A stretch of DNA of 64,000 nucleotides from contig CAVVPN010000012.1 of assembly GCA_963750165.1 (NCBI GenBank), positions 512,001-576,000 of the forward strand, in the 5' to 3' direction. The first letter of the stretch is position 1, and each line of letters begins with the position of its first letter. A program made the translations under genes and the position numbers. This document shows, piece by piece, positions 9,522-19,399 of this stretch. Below the pieces are notes generated by a model. The model was not told the origin of the DNA. It searched no databases and saw nothing but the letters and a program-made list of their open reading frames with translations. This DNA is from an uncultured Gemmataceae bacterium (lineage in GTDB: Bacteria > Planctomycetota > Planctomycetia > Gemmatales > Gemmataceae).

Positions 9522-10118
9522 TTATTCCTGCTTTAAGTGTTGGGTTTCCTCGCGCAAGCGGGCCAGCACGCGGCTCCGGGCGACATAAACCGCCCCCGGC
9601 GACATGCCCAGGCGGGCGCCGGCCTCCTTCGCGGCCACGTTGTCCACAGCGGTCAGCCAGAACGCCTGCCAGGTCTGCTCCGACACGTCGCCGCGGACGC
9701 GCTCGGCCGCCCAGGCGAAGACGCCGCGCTCGTACTCCTGGTCCCAGTCGGCGGCACCGTCGGGCGGCGCCGGATGGGCTTCGAGCAAAGCACGGGTGTC
9801 GGAGTCGCCGCTGCCGCGCTCGCGGCGGCGGCGGCTGGTGAGGAAGTTGTACAGTTTGTTGCGGGTCACCGTGTACAGCCAGGCGCGGAAGCCGCCGCGG
9901 CTGCGGTCGTACTGCAGTCGGCCCACCGCAGCCGCGACGGCGCGGAACACATCCTGCATCAGGTCGGCGGCGTCGGCGTCCTGCAGGCCGCGCTTGCGGG
10001 CGAAGCCGTACACCACCGCCGCGTACACCTGCACGAACTGCCGCCACGCCTCCGCGTCCTGGGGGTCGCGGAGGCGCAGCAGTAAACTGAGTCTGGTTAC
10101 GGGTGCTTCGTCGATCAA
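9522..10118 (-). CDS. ECF sigma factor (planctomycete type, kinase-associated)
   Basis: TRLSLLLRLRD...AWRQFVQVY, DAADLMQDVF, GGFRAWLYTVTRN, GAVYVARSRVLARLR; likely TTG start at 10118 after a G-rich RBS (longest ORF starts 10199). Confidence 0.9.
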   Translation of the reverse strand: MIDEAPVTRLSLLLRLRDPQDAEAWRQFVQVYAAVVYGFARKRGLQDADAADLMQDVFRAVAAAVGRLQYDRSRGGFRAWLYTVTRNKLYNFLTSRRRRERGSGDSDTRALLEAHPAPPDGAADWDQEYERGVFAWAAERVRGDVSEQTWQAFWLTAVDNVAAKEAGARLGMSPGAVYVARSRVLARLREETQHLKQE

Positions 10119-10220
10119 GGCCCCTCCCCCGTGTATCGAGCCGGGCGTTGCCAACGCTCCCTTTTGAGCATTGTACGGGTTCTCGGCAAGACCCGGCATG
10201 GGGGAAGCGCGTTGGCGGCG

Positions 10221-10976
10221 TCACTGGGCCGTGAAGCCGCCGTCCACCGGCAACGTCTGGCCGGTGACGAACGAGGCCGCGTCGGAGGCCAGCCACAGCA
10301 CCGCCGCCGCCACCTCATCGGCTTTGCCGATGCGGCCAATCGGGTGCATCCCCTCCAGCTGTTTGCGCACGTTCTCGTCGGCGGCGAAACGGCTGAACAT
10401 GTCGGTGTCGATGGCCGCGGGCGCCACGGCGTTGACGCGAATGTTTTTGCGGGCGTACTCCAGCGCCACCGACTTCGTGAAGCCGATGACCGCGTGCTTG
10501 CTGGCGTCGTAGATCGCGGCGCCGGGGAAGCCGATCAGGCCGGCGATGCTGGTGGTGTTGACGATGACGCCGCCGCCCTGCCGCAGCATTTGCCGGACCT
10601 CGTGCAGCATCGACAGCCACAGGCCCTTGACGTTGATGTCGAAGATGGGGTCGAAATCCGCCTCGGTTTTCTCGTGAAAGGCGCCGACCGCCTCTTCGAC
10701 GCCGGCGTTGTTGAAAGCGATGTCAATGCGGCCGAAGCGCTCGACCGCGGCGCGGACGAGGCGGGCGATGTCGGCGTCGCTGCGGACATCCGCCTGAACG
10801 AACAGGCCGGTACCGCCGACGGCCTCGATGCGCCGCACCGTTTCGCGGCCCTCCTCGTCGCGGCGGCCGCTGACGACCACCTTCGCGCCCGCCCTGGCGA
10901 ATGCCACCGCGGTCGCCCGGCCGATGCCCGACGTGCCACCCGTCACCAGCGCCACCCGGTCCTTGAACGTGCTCAT
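10221..10976 (-). CDS. SDR family oxidoreductase
   Basis: TGGTSGIG, NNAG, YDASK, DGG. Confidence 0.93.
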   Translation of the reverse strand: MSTFKDRVALVTGGTSGIGRATAVAFARAGAKVVVSGRRDEEGRETVRRIEAVGGTGLFVQADVRSDADIARLVRAAVERFGRIDIAFNNAGVEEAVGAFHEKTEADFDPIFDINVKGLWLSMLHEVRQMLRQGGGVIVNTTSIAGLIGFPGAAIYDASKHAVIGFTKSVALEYARKNIRVNAVAPAAIDTDMFSRFAADENVRKQLEGMHPIGRIGKADEVAAAVLWLASDAASFVTGQTLPVDGGFTAQ

Positions 10977-11161
10977 GATCGTCTCTCCGTGAAATGAGGT
11001 TGCAATGCGGGCCTGTCATCGTTCGCCGCATTGCTGAAGGGGAATACCGCGGCGGCGCGGCGGTCTTACATGGAAGCGCCCTGGCGATTCTCGTTCCCGG
11101 TCCGAGCCCGAGCGCCAGCGCGGGGCCAGCGCTGGCCCGAGCGCCAGTCGTGTGCGTCCCA

Positions 11162-11201
11162 GGGGTTATTTCATCTCACGGGGGTGAGATGAAATAACCC
11201 C
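11162..11201. repeat. Perfect 18-bp inverted repeat
   Basis: ggggttatttcatctcac-gggg-gtgagatgaaataacccc; tttcatctcac recurs at about 11224. Confidence 0.8.
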
Positions 11202-11386
11202 GTGGTAGCACAGGGGGTTGCCGTTTCATCTCACGTTTCTCACACCCCCCGATTGGCCAGAGGGCGTTCACCCGTGCCGGGGCGTGCCGGCAGGCGCCCG
11301 CCGGCGCCGGTGCGGGTCAGGTTTCACGCGCAAGGCCAGCGACGTGCTGAACGGTGTCGCACTGAGCAGCGGTGAGCGCGATGCAA

Positions 11387-11422
11387 CTGTTGTGGCATGG
11401 TCGGGAGACCATGCCACAACAG
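11387..11422. repeat. REP-like palindrome
   Basis: ctgttgtggcatggtc-ggga-gaccatgccacaacag. Confidence 0.8.
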
Positions 11423-11516
11423 GGGGGCCTCACGCGCTACGCCCCGGCGTAAGTGCTTCCGTCACCGCGTCTGCCGCGCCCTGTCCCACGAGATCTGGTC
11501 TTTTCAGAGCCCCAGG

Positions 11517-12857
11517 CTATCCCCGCTCGTGACTCCCGGATGTCCTCGCGGCCAGGACCAAAACGCCGCCGAGCAAGAGCGTCGCTGCCATGATGAGATA
11601 GCCAAGGGTGTAACTGCCGGTCGCCGTTTTGGCCTGGCCGATGATCCGCGGACCTAACAACCCGCCGAGATTGGCGACCGAGTTGATGAGCGCGATGCCG
11701 CCCGCGGCCGCGGGACCGGCCAGGAACGCGGGCGGCAGCGTCCAGAAGGTCGGCAACATCGACTTCATGCCAGTCAAAGTAATGGCCACGCCAATCACGA
11801 AGAGCCAGCGCGTGTCGATGCCCGGAATCGTCACGAAACCGGCGGTGATCAGGGTGATCGTCAACCAACCTACCGCGGCCGTGAACGCGGAACCGGCGAC
11901 GTGCCAGCGGCGTTCGCCGGTGCGGTCGGAGTGGCGGCCGACCAGGGTCATGCCGACGATGGCGATCACGCTCGGGGCCGCGGCCAACAGGCCGATCTGA
12001 AACGGTCTCCAATCGGGAAACTGACTTTTCAGAAAGGTTGGGATGTAGAAGCCATAACTGTTATCGCCCATCGCGGCGGTGAAATAGACGGCGATGAGTA
12101 ACCAGACGCGCGGGTCCACGCTGGCCGCGCGCAGGGAATGACTGCGGCCAAGTGAGAGTTGCGCTTTCTCGTTGTCGATCTGCTGCGTGAGCCAGGTCCG
12201 CTCGGCGGGACTCAGCCAGCGCGCCTGGCCGGGATGATCGGTCAGATAGGCGAGCGTGACGAATCCGAGGGCGACGGCTGGGAGTCCTTCGAGCAGAAAC
12301 ACCCACTGCCAGCCCCAGAGTCCGCCGAACTGGTCCAGGTATTCGAGGATGAACCCCGAAAGGGGATTGCCGACCATTGACGCGATGACACCGCCGATCA
12401 TGAAATTCGCCACGGCACGGGCCCGCACACGCGCGGGAAACCAATCGCTCAGGTAATAGATGATGCCGGGAAAGAAGCCCGCCTCGGCGACGCCGAGCAG
12501 CACGCGCAACACAAAGAAGCTCCACGGCCCGGTCACGAACATCATGGCCGTCGAGATCAGGCCCCAGCTCATGAGGATCCGCGCGATCCAGGCCCGGGCG
12601 CCCGTCCGCAGGAGAATGAGATTGCTGGGCACTTCAAAGAGGAGATAGCCGACATAAAAGATCCCCGCTCCCAGCGAATATGCGTCTTCGTCGAGGATGT
12701 GCTGCTCGTCCACCATCTGCAAGCGCGCGATGCTGATGTTAGTCCGATCAATGAGATTGATGACATAGAGCAAAAACAGAAACGGCAGCAGGCGCAGCGA
12801 CACTTTGCGAAAGATGGCGGCTTCGGTCGGCGGGGGGACTGCCATGATGTTCGACAT
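11517..12857 (-). CDS. MFS transporter, anion:cation symporter (tartrate/phthalate-like)
   Basis: DRTNIS, GYLLFEVPSN, GVAEAGFFPG, WQWVFLLEGLP, SDRTGERRWH. Confidence 0.92.
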   Translation of the reverse strand: MSNIMAVPPPTEAAIFRKVSLRLLPFLFLLYVINLIDRTNISIARLQMVDEQHILDEDAYSLGAGIFYVGYLLFEVPSNLILLRTGARAWIARILMSWGLISTAMMFVTGPWSFFVLRVLLGVAEAGFFPGIIYYLSDWFPARVRARAVANFMIGGVIASMVGNPLSGFILEYLDQFGGLWGWQWVFLLEGLPAVALGFVTLAYLTDHPGQARWLSPAERTWLTQQIDNEKAQLSLGRSHSLRAASVDPRVWLLIAVYFTAAMGDNSYGFYIPTFLKSQFPDWRPFQIGLLAAAPSVIAIVGMTLVGRHSDRTGERRWHVAGSAFTAAVGWLTITLITAGFVTIPGIDTRWLFVIGVAITLTGMKSMLPTFWTLPPAFLAGPAAAGGIALINSVANLGGLLGPRIIGQAKTATGSYTLGYLIMAATLLLGGVLVLAARTSGSHERG

Positions 12858-12880
12858 TCGTCGCCCTCGCAGGAAGCAGA

Positions 12881-13663
12881 TCAGAAGTCACGGGCGTACC
12901 CCGCCGTCCAGCCGCCATCGACAGTGAGGATGTGGCCGTTCATGTAACTGTTTTCCGGGTCGGCCAGGAACAGGGCGGCGACGGCGATCTCATCCGTGGT
13001 GGCGGGACGGCCCAGCGGCACATGGTCGAGCATCCGCTGCACGTTATCGCGGAACTTGCCGCCCTCGGCATAGAACAATTGTTTGGTTCCCTCGGTGAGC
13101 GTCGATCCGGGCGCGATGCCGTTGACGAGAATGCCGTGCGGTCCCAGTTCCAACGCCATGGCGCGCGTCAGGTTCACGACCCCGGCCTTGGCGGCCACAA
13201 AGGCGCATTGCAAACGCAGCGGCACCAGGCCGGCAATCGACGCGATGTTGATGATGCGGCCAGCTCTCTGATTGCGCATCACCCGGGCGGCAAAGCGGCT
13301 GACTTCGTACAGGCCCGTCAGATCAACGCTCAAAAGGCGGTCCCATTCCTCACGCGGAAATTGATCGATGGTGACGCGATGAGCGAGCGTATTGACGCCG
13401 GCGTTGTTGACGAGAATGTCGAGGCGGCCGAACTCGGCGACGACCTGGCCGATGACCGCTTCGATCTCGTCGGCGCGCGTGACATCCATGCGCAGGCCCC
13501 TGGCGCCGGCGGATCGCGCGGCCGCTGCTTCGGTCGCGGTCGGATCGAGGTCGGTGTAGACGACGCGGCTACCGTTGGCCGCGAGTCGATCCGCGATGGC
13601 CTGCCCGATGCCGTGCGCCGCTCCGGTAACCAGACTGACCTTGCCCGAGAGATCGCATTTCAT
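12881..13663 (-). CDS. SDR family oxidoreductase (catalytic Tyr position is Phe: FVAAK)
   Basis: TGAAHGIG, NNAG, NIAS, FVAAKAG, DGG. Confidence 0.9.
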   Translation of the reverse strand: MKCDLSGKVSLVTGAAHGIGQAIADRLAANGSRVVYTDLDPTATEAAAARSAGARGLRMDVTRADEIEAVIGQVVAEFGRLDILVNNAGVNTLAHRVTIDQFPREEWDRLLSVDLTGLYEVSRFAARVMRNQRAGRIINIASIAGLVPLRLQCAFVAAKAGVVNLTRAMALELGPHGILVNGIAPGSTLTEGTKQLFYAEGGKFRDNVQRMLDHVPLGRPATTDEIAVAALFLADPENSYMNGHILTVDGGWTAGYARDF

Positions 13664-14815
13664 GATTCGCCTCGCGGGGGCGGGTTCTCGATGAGGCCGC
13701 GCAACGTTTGCAGAAACCGCGCCGCCGGGGCGCCGTCGGTGATGCGGTGATCGAACGTCAGACTCAGCGTCAGCCGGTCCCGAATGACGATCTGCTCACC
13801 GTCCACGACCGGACAGCGCTGAATGCGGCCGACACCGAGGGCGGCGCATTCGGGCGGGTTGAGGATCGGCGTGAACGCATCAATGCCGAAAGCGCCGAGC
13901 GACGTGACGGTGAATGTCCCACCCTGCAATTCGGCCACGGCGAGCTGGCGCTGGCGGGCGCGCTCGATCAGGTCGCGCGTTTGCGCGGCCAGCTGCGCGA
14001 GACTCAGACGCGGTACGTCGCGCACCACGGGGACCAGCAGGCCGGCGTCGGTGTCCACGGCGATGCCGATGTGGATGCCGTCGGCCAGGACGATGCGATC
14101 GTTCTCCCACCGCGAGTTGAGCACCGGATGTTGCGCGAGCGCGCATGCGCACAGCAGGACCAGGATGTCGGTGTAACTCGGCACTGGCTCGCGCGGCTGC
14201 CTGGAACCGATTGCGCAGGTTGACGAGATGGGTTGCGTCGGTCGTGGTCATGAGCGTGACCGGCGCCGTTGAACGATGGCTGGCCAACATGCGTTCCGCG
14301 ATGATACGGCGGGTCGAAGTGATGGGCGCGGCGGACCGGGCGGCCAGGGCCAGAACATCCCGTTCGCGGATACGGCCGGTGCGACCCGTGCCGGTGGCGT
14401 CCTGCCAGTCGATGCCGAGCGCGGCGGCAGTGCGTCGCGCCCGCGGTGAACTGGCCGGGCTGATCTGCGGCGACCCCTTCACGGCGGCGGTCGGCGTGCT
14501 GGCGGCGGCGACCTGCGGCTCGTCCTGGAGTGGCGGTGTGAGAAACGTGTTTGCGTCGGGGACCGCTTCGCCGGGATGCAGCACGAAGCCAATGACCGAG
14601 CCAACGGCGACGGTTTCGCCCACGCGGGGGCCATTCGCGGGAACGTGGAGGACGCCATCGTCGAGACATTCGATGTCCTCCGTCGCCTTGTCACTCTCAA
14701 GACTGAAGAGCGCTTCGCCGGCGCGAACCGCCGCACCATTGGCCTTGAGCCAGCCGACGAATACGCCCTGCTCCATGTTCCAGCCGAGCCGGGGAACGGT
14801 GATCGGGATCGCCAT
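13660..14815 (-). CDS. Dihydrolipoamide acyltransferase E2 (indel near 14185)
   Basis: Lipoyl domain ESDKAT, E3-binding SPRARR...GTGRTGRIRERDV, catalytic DHRITDG; split across two frames. Confidence 0.9.
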
Positions 14816-14825
14816 GATATGGGCC

Positions 14826-16826
14826 TCACTCTGCGACGAGAGCGCGGATCGCCTGGGCAATCGCGTCCACGTTGGGGACGACCGCGCTTTCCAGCGGCGG
14901 ACTGTACGGCGTCGGCGTGTGGGCGCCGTTGAGTCGGCGGATCGGGGCGTCAAGGTCGTCGAAACCGCGGTCGCTGATCTGGGCGGCGATTTCCGCGCCG
15001 ACTCCGAACGGGGCGAACGCCTCATCGACGATCAACAGCCGGCCCGTTTTCCGCACCGAGCGGGCAATCGTTTCGACATCGAGCGGCGCCACCGTCCGCG
15101 GATCGATCAGTTCGACCGAGACCCCTTCGTTGGCCAACGTCTCGCAAACCTTCAAGGAACGCGGCACCATGAGCGCGAGTGCCACCACGGTGACATCGGT
15201 GCCCGCGCGCACCACGGCGGCCTGGCCGAACGGCAGCTCGTAATCCTCCTCGGGCACCGGCCCCTTCAGCGATAGCAATTCGCGATGTTCGAGGAACAGG
15301 ACCGGGTCAGCGCAGCGGAGCGCGTGGTGCAGCAGACCCTTGGCGTCATACGGCGTGGACGGGACGACGACGCGCAGCCCGGGAAAATGGGCGAACATCG
15401 GGTAATAATTGCCTGAATGGTGCGTCGCCGCCGAGTGACCGATGCCGATGCAGCCGCGCAGCAGGATCGGCATCGTGAGCCGCCCGTCGCTCATGTACTG
15501 CATCTTGGCGATCTGGTTGATGATCTCACCAACGCCATCAAGGACGAAATCGGCAAACATGAAGTCGATCACGGGACGCGCTCCGGTCATGGCGGCGCCG
15601 CCGCCCAGGCCGACGAAGCCGCGCTCGGCAATGGGTGTGTCGCAGAGCCGCTCGGGGCCGTGGAGGTCGTAGAGCCCCGCGGTGGTCTTGAAATTGCCGC
15701 CGCGTTTGCCGATGCCTTCGCCGAGCACGAAGATACGCGGGTTGTTCGCCATCTCGAACGCCAGCGCCTCAAGCGTGGCTTGCATGTAGCTGAGCTGCCG
15801 GTCGGCAACCGGAGCCGGCGGTGGCGCAACAACGCGAGTCGGTTCGGCGTACACGTGGCTTGCCGCGGTGGACGGCTCGGGCCAGGGACTCGCCTCCGCA
15901 GCGCGCTGCGCTTGCTCGACCTCCGCGGTGACGGCAACCTCAATATCGTTCAGGTCGCTTTCCGATGCAACGGATTGCTCAAGTAGATATTGCTTCAGGC
16001 GGAGGATGGGGCAGCGCGACTTCCACTGGTCTACTTCCTCCCGTGTGCGATAGGAGAAGTCGCCCATGCCTTCCGCATGCGGCCGCGTGCGATAAGTACA
16101 GCATTCAATCAAGGTCGGCCCGTCACCCTCCCGGGCGCGACGAATGGCTTCTCCGGCTACTTCATGAATCGCTAACACATCATTGGCGTCATCGATCTGG
16201 AGACCGCGCATGCCGTAGGCGTGGGCGCGGCCCGCCACCGTGGGGTTGCCCGCGGCGTAGCGAAACGGCACCTCGGTGGCGTACTGGTTGTTCTCGCACA
16301 CAAACAGCACCGGCAACTTCCAGATACTGGCGAGGTTGAGTCCTTCGTGAAACGCGCCGTTGTTCACGGCCCCGTCGCCGAAGAACGCCACGGCCACCCG
16401 GTCGCTCTTCAGGAGCTTGAAGCTGTAACCGGCCCCGGCAGCCTGGAGAATACACGGGCCGACGATGCCGCTGGTGCCCATCAGGCCAACTTCCGGCGCA
16501 AACAGGTGCATGCTGCCGCCGCGGCCGCGCGAACAGCCCGTCGCCCGGCCGTAAAGCTCCGCGATCAACTGCTCCGGCGGAACTCCCTTCGCCAGGGCAT
16601 GCCCGTGTCCGCGGTGTGTGCTGAAGACGGCGTCATCCGTGCGCAGGTGCGTGCAGACACCGACGGCAATGGCTTCCTGGCCGATGTAGGTGTGACACGC
16701 GCCGTGGATCAGGCCGCGCTGATGGGAGCGGACCAGTTGCTCCTCGCAGCGGCGAATGAGCAGCATCCGGCGGTACAAACTCAACAGGTGGTCCTTGACC
16801 AGGTTGCTCACACGGCGGCCTTTCAC
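14826..16826 (-). CDS. Fused E1 alpha/beta TPP-dependent 2-oxoacid/acetoin dehydrogenase
   Basis: GRGGSMH, GDGA...ENNQY TPP motif, DTPIAE, PSTPYDAKGLL. Confidence 0.92.
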   Translation of the reverse strand: MKGRRVSNLVKDHLLSLYRRMLLIRRCEEQLVRSHQRGLIHGACHTYIGQEAIAVGVCTHLRTDDAVFSTHRGHGHALAKGVPPEQLIAELYGRATGCSRGRGGSMHLFAPEVGLMGTSGIVGPCILQAAGAGYSFKLLKSDRVAVAFFGDGAVNNGAFHEGLNLASIWKLPVLFVCENNQYATEVPFRYAAGNPTVAGRAHAYGMRGLQIDDANDVLAIHEVAGEAIRRAREGDGPTLIECCTYRTRPHAEGMGDFSYRTREEVDQWKSRCPILRLKQYLLEQSVASESDLNDIEVAVTAEVEQAQRAAEASPWPEPSTAASHVYAEPTRVVAPPPAPVADRQLSYMQATLEALAFEMANNPRIFVLGEGIGKRGGNFKTTAGLYDLHGPERLCDTPIAERGFVGLGGGAAMTGARPVIDFMFADFVLDGVGEIINQIAKMQYMSDGRLTMPILLRGCIGIGHSAATHHSGNYYPMFAHFPGLRVVVPSTPYDAKGLLHHALRCADPVLFLEHRELLSLKGPVPEEDYELPFGQAAVVRAGTDVTVVALALMVPRSLKVCETLANEGVSVELIDPRTVAPLDVETIARSVRKTGRLLIVDEAFAPFGVGAEIAAQISDRGFDDLDAPIRRLNGAHTPTPYSPPLESAVVPNVDAIAQAIRALVAE

Positions 16827-16936
16827 GGAAATGTGCCGGGCGAGGAGGACGGGCAGACCGAGGATCGTCCTCGGTGAGTGCGGAGGACACCCCGGTGCGC
16901 CGCTCGCGGCAGGGGCAGTCGATTTGTCGTAAGTAT

Positions 16937-17010
16937 TACGCCCGGCAGGATTTGAACCTGCAACCTATGGTTCCGAAGACCATTGCTCTATCCAGTTGAG
17001 CTACGGGCGC
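16937..17010 (-). tRNA. tRNA-Arg(UCG), CCA not encoded
   Basis: GCGCCCG-TA-GCTC AACTGGATA GAGC-A-ATGGT CTTCGGA ACCAT-AGGTT-GCAGG TTCAAAT CCTGC-CGGGCGT-A folds as a cloverleaf with anticodon TCG. Confidence 0.95.
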
Positions 17011-17450
17011 TCGTTCCCTGCAATCTTGTAGTAACCGCGTTGGCGTGCTGTTTTCCGCCGGTGACAGTTAGCGCACCGGACTTCATATTTCTCAATCTCC
17101 CTTTCAATCGTCTCCCATTCGTGTGTCTTGACCAGGACGGAAATCGCCTTCTTCTTGCCGCCACGAACGTGATCGAACTCCAGGCAAACCACGTCGGATT
17201 CACCCCAATCCACACAGGGATGCTGGTCGAGGTAATCCAGCAGGTTCTTCTGGTTGGTGCGCTTTACTGCCAGCTTGCGTTTCCGCGCCTTGCGGAGGTA
17301 GTAATCGGTGTTCCGTTCATAGTGGGATTTTAACTGGAGGCGCGTGCAAACCTGGCAGTACCGCTGCCGAAGCCCCTTGGACTTCACTCGAAAGTTAAAC
17401 TCGGTGACGCCTTTCTCCAGTCCGCAACCGGCACAGATCTTCACTTCCAT
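17001..17450 (-). CDS. HNH endonuclease-like protein with N-terminal Zn finger; stop codon inside the tRNA
   Basis: CAGC...YCQVC; HPCVDW...LEFDH...RCANCHRRKT; ggaggga RBS; TAG at 17003-17001 is tRNA nt 8-10. Confidence 0.85.
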   Translation of the reverse strand: MEVKICAGCGLEKGVTEFNFRVKSKGLRQRYCQVCTRLQLKSHYERNTDYYLRKARKRKLAVKRTNQKNLLDYLDQHPCVDWGESDVVCLEFDHVRGGKKKAISVLVKTHEWETIEREIEKYEVRCANCHRRKTARQRGYYKIAGNERP

Positions 17451-17499
17451 CGCCGATTCCCTCCGGTTGCTTCCAGTCGGGCAATTCCATTTCCTCAGT

Positions 17500-17994
17500 C
17501 TACCCAATCGCCGCCGCCTGGCAAGCGACCGCGGTCGCCAGGGCCGCCTCACCGACCTCCACATGAAACAGCGCCGCGTTGCCCTTGGCGCGCACCGGCT
17601 CCTGCAAGCGCCGCGGGTTCGTCAGCACCCAGCACCAGTTCTCCGGGTCCGTCATCGCGAACGGGTGCAGCCGCAGTTCCGCCGGCAGATCCTGGTGCCG
17701 GCACACCGTCACCAGCTCGACGACGCCGAGCACGAAGCCGCACGGCGGCACACCGCGGTCGCGCCAGCCCGGCAGCAACCGGTCGCGCTCCGCGTCGCTC
17801 AGGCCCTCCCACGTCTCCAGACTCGTGCTGCTGTGGATGGCCAGGCGGCCGCGGTGGCGAGTCTTCCAGCTGCGGTTCTCCACACGCTTGCGGCCCGACA
17901 GGATCAGCTCCACCCACGGCTGGCGGATCGACAGGCACTTCAACTGCGGCACGACCGGCCTCCGTGTTTGATGAAGGTTTCGCGACGCCGGCAC
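17500..17994 (-). CDS. ASCH domain protein
   Basis: LSIRQPWVELILSGRKRVENRSW...RGRLAIH, the GxKxxExR signature; exact start uncertain. Confidence 0.88.
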   Translation of the reverse strand: MPASRNLHQTRRPVVPQLKCLSIRQPWVELILSGRKRVENRSWKTRHRGRLAIHSSTSLETWEGLSDAERDRLLPGWRDRGVPPCGFVLGVVELVTVCRHQDLPAELRLHPFAMTDPENWCWVLTNPRRLQEPVRAKGNAALFHVEVGEAALATAVACQAAAIG

Positions 17995-18089
17995 CTTCGC
18001 CTTTTCCGGGCCGCCTGGTTTCGCTATGAATTATCTGTGGAAGCCGCCCCCGGCACAACCGGATTTCCCCCCACCAGAAAGGCCCCACC

Positions 18090-19301
18090 TTGTCTGTCGC
18101 AACCCTGGCCGAACCTCCATTGACCGGCGCGGCCGCCGCCCCTCGCTGGCTGCGGCCGCGCCTGTCGCTGCTGATGTTCCTGCTCTACGCGGTCCCCGGC
18201 TCCTGGCTGCCGCTGTTCAGCATCTACCTCCAGCACCTCCGCTTCACGCCGCTGCAAATCGGCTGGTGCTTCGCCACCTACGCCCTGGGCAGCCTGGCCG
18301 CGCCGCTGCTCGCTGGCCAACTCGCCGACCGCTGGCTACCGGCCGAGCGCTGCGTCGCCCTGTTCGGCCTGATCGCCGGCGTGCTGCTCTGGCTGCTGCC
18401 GGGCACCACCGACCCGCTGGCCGTCTTCCTGCTCACGCTCGCCGCCTGGCTCGTGTTCGTGCCCGCTATTACCCTGTGCGCCTCGCTCAGCTTCGCCCAG
18501 TTGCCCAACCCCGAACGCGACTACGGGGGCGTCCGTCTCTGGGGGACGGCCGGCTGGCTGCTGCCCTGCCTGGGCTTCGGCTTTTGGTTCACCGTCCCCG
18601 GCCGCGACCTCGCCGACACCTTCCGCCTGGCCGGCGTCCTGGCGTTCGCCCTGGCCGGCTACGCCCTGACGCTGCCGACCACACCGCCGCTGCCGCGCCC
18701 CGCGTCCGCCTTCCTGGCGCCGCTGGCGGCCCTGCGGCTGTTCCGCGACCGCTCCTTCGCCGTCTACTGTGCCGCGTCGCTGGGGTTGTACATCACCATC
18801 GCCTTCGGCGCGCAGTTGAACCCGCTGCTGCTGAAGCAACTCGGCTTCGACCTGAGCGTGGTTGCACCGCTTTTGACGCTGCCGCAGTGGGTGGAGATCG
18901 CGACGCTGACGCTGCTGCCGATGTGCCTGTTACGGCTGGGGCAGCGCGGCACCATGCTGCTGGGCATGATGGCGTGGGTGCTGGCGCTGGCGGGGCTGAC
19001 GCTCGGTCAGCCAGTCTGGCTGGCGGTGGCGGCGCTGGGCGGCTACGGTGTCTGCGTCCCGTGCTTTCTGGTGGCGGGCCAGCTGTTCGTCAACCGCAGT
19101 GCCGCCGGCGATGTGCGTGCCAGCGCTCAGGGACTGCTGACGTTCGGCAATGGCATCGGCCAGTTGATCGGCAACGTGCTGGTCGGGGCGGTGCGGCAGG
19201 CGTTCGACGGCGCCTTCGTGCCGACCTACGCGACGGCGCTGGCGCTGGGCGGCGTGCTGTTGTTGACGTTCCTGATCGGCTTCCGCGAGCGCGGCCGCTA
19301 A
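18090..19301 (+). CDS. MFS transporter (nucleoside:H+ symporter-like)
   Basis: GQLADRW, VRLWGTAGW, RASAQGL; about 12 TM segments. Confidence 0.85.
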   Translation: MSVATLAEPPLTGAAAAPRWLRPRLSLLMFLLYAVPGSWLPLFSIYLQHLRFTPLQIGWCFATYALGSLAAPLLAGQLADRWLPAERCVALFGLIAGVLLWLLPGTTDPLAVFLLTLAAWLVFVPAITLCASLSFAQLPNPERDYGGVRLWGTAGWLLPCLGFGFWFTVPGRDLADTFRLAGVLAFALAGYALTLPTTPPLPRPASAFLAPLAALRLFRDRSFAVYCAASLGLYITIAFGAQLNPLLLKQLGFDLSVVAPLLTLPQWVEIATLTLLPMCLLRLGQRGTMLLGMMAWVLALAGLTLGQPVWLAVAALGGYGVCVPCFLVAGQLFVNRSAAGDVRASAQGLLTFGNGIGQLIGNVLVGAVRQAFDGAFVPTYATALALGGVLLLTFLIGFRERGR

Positions 19302-19399
19302 GAAGCGCTCTTGCCAAAACGGCGGAAACTTGGTTCTTTTACGGCCGGCCCCGGGAAGGGGCGCCGCACGGACGTAGTCTCAAGCCAGGAAGGTGAACC

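Noticed and set aside
11437..11460. tacgccccggc as an att duplicate of the tRNA-Arg 3' end
   Set aside because: Match is about 10 nt and imperfect in GC-rich DNA; no integrase in the window.
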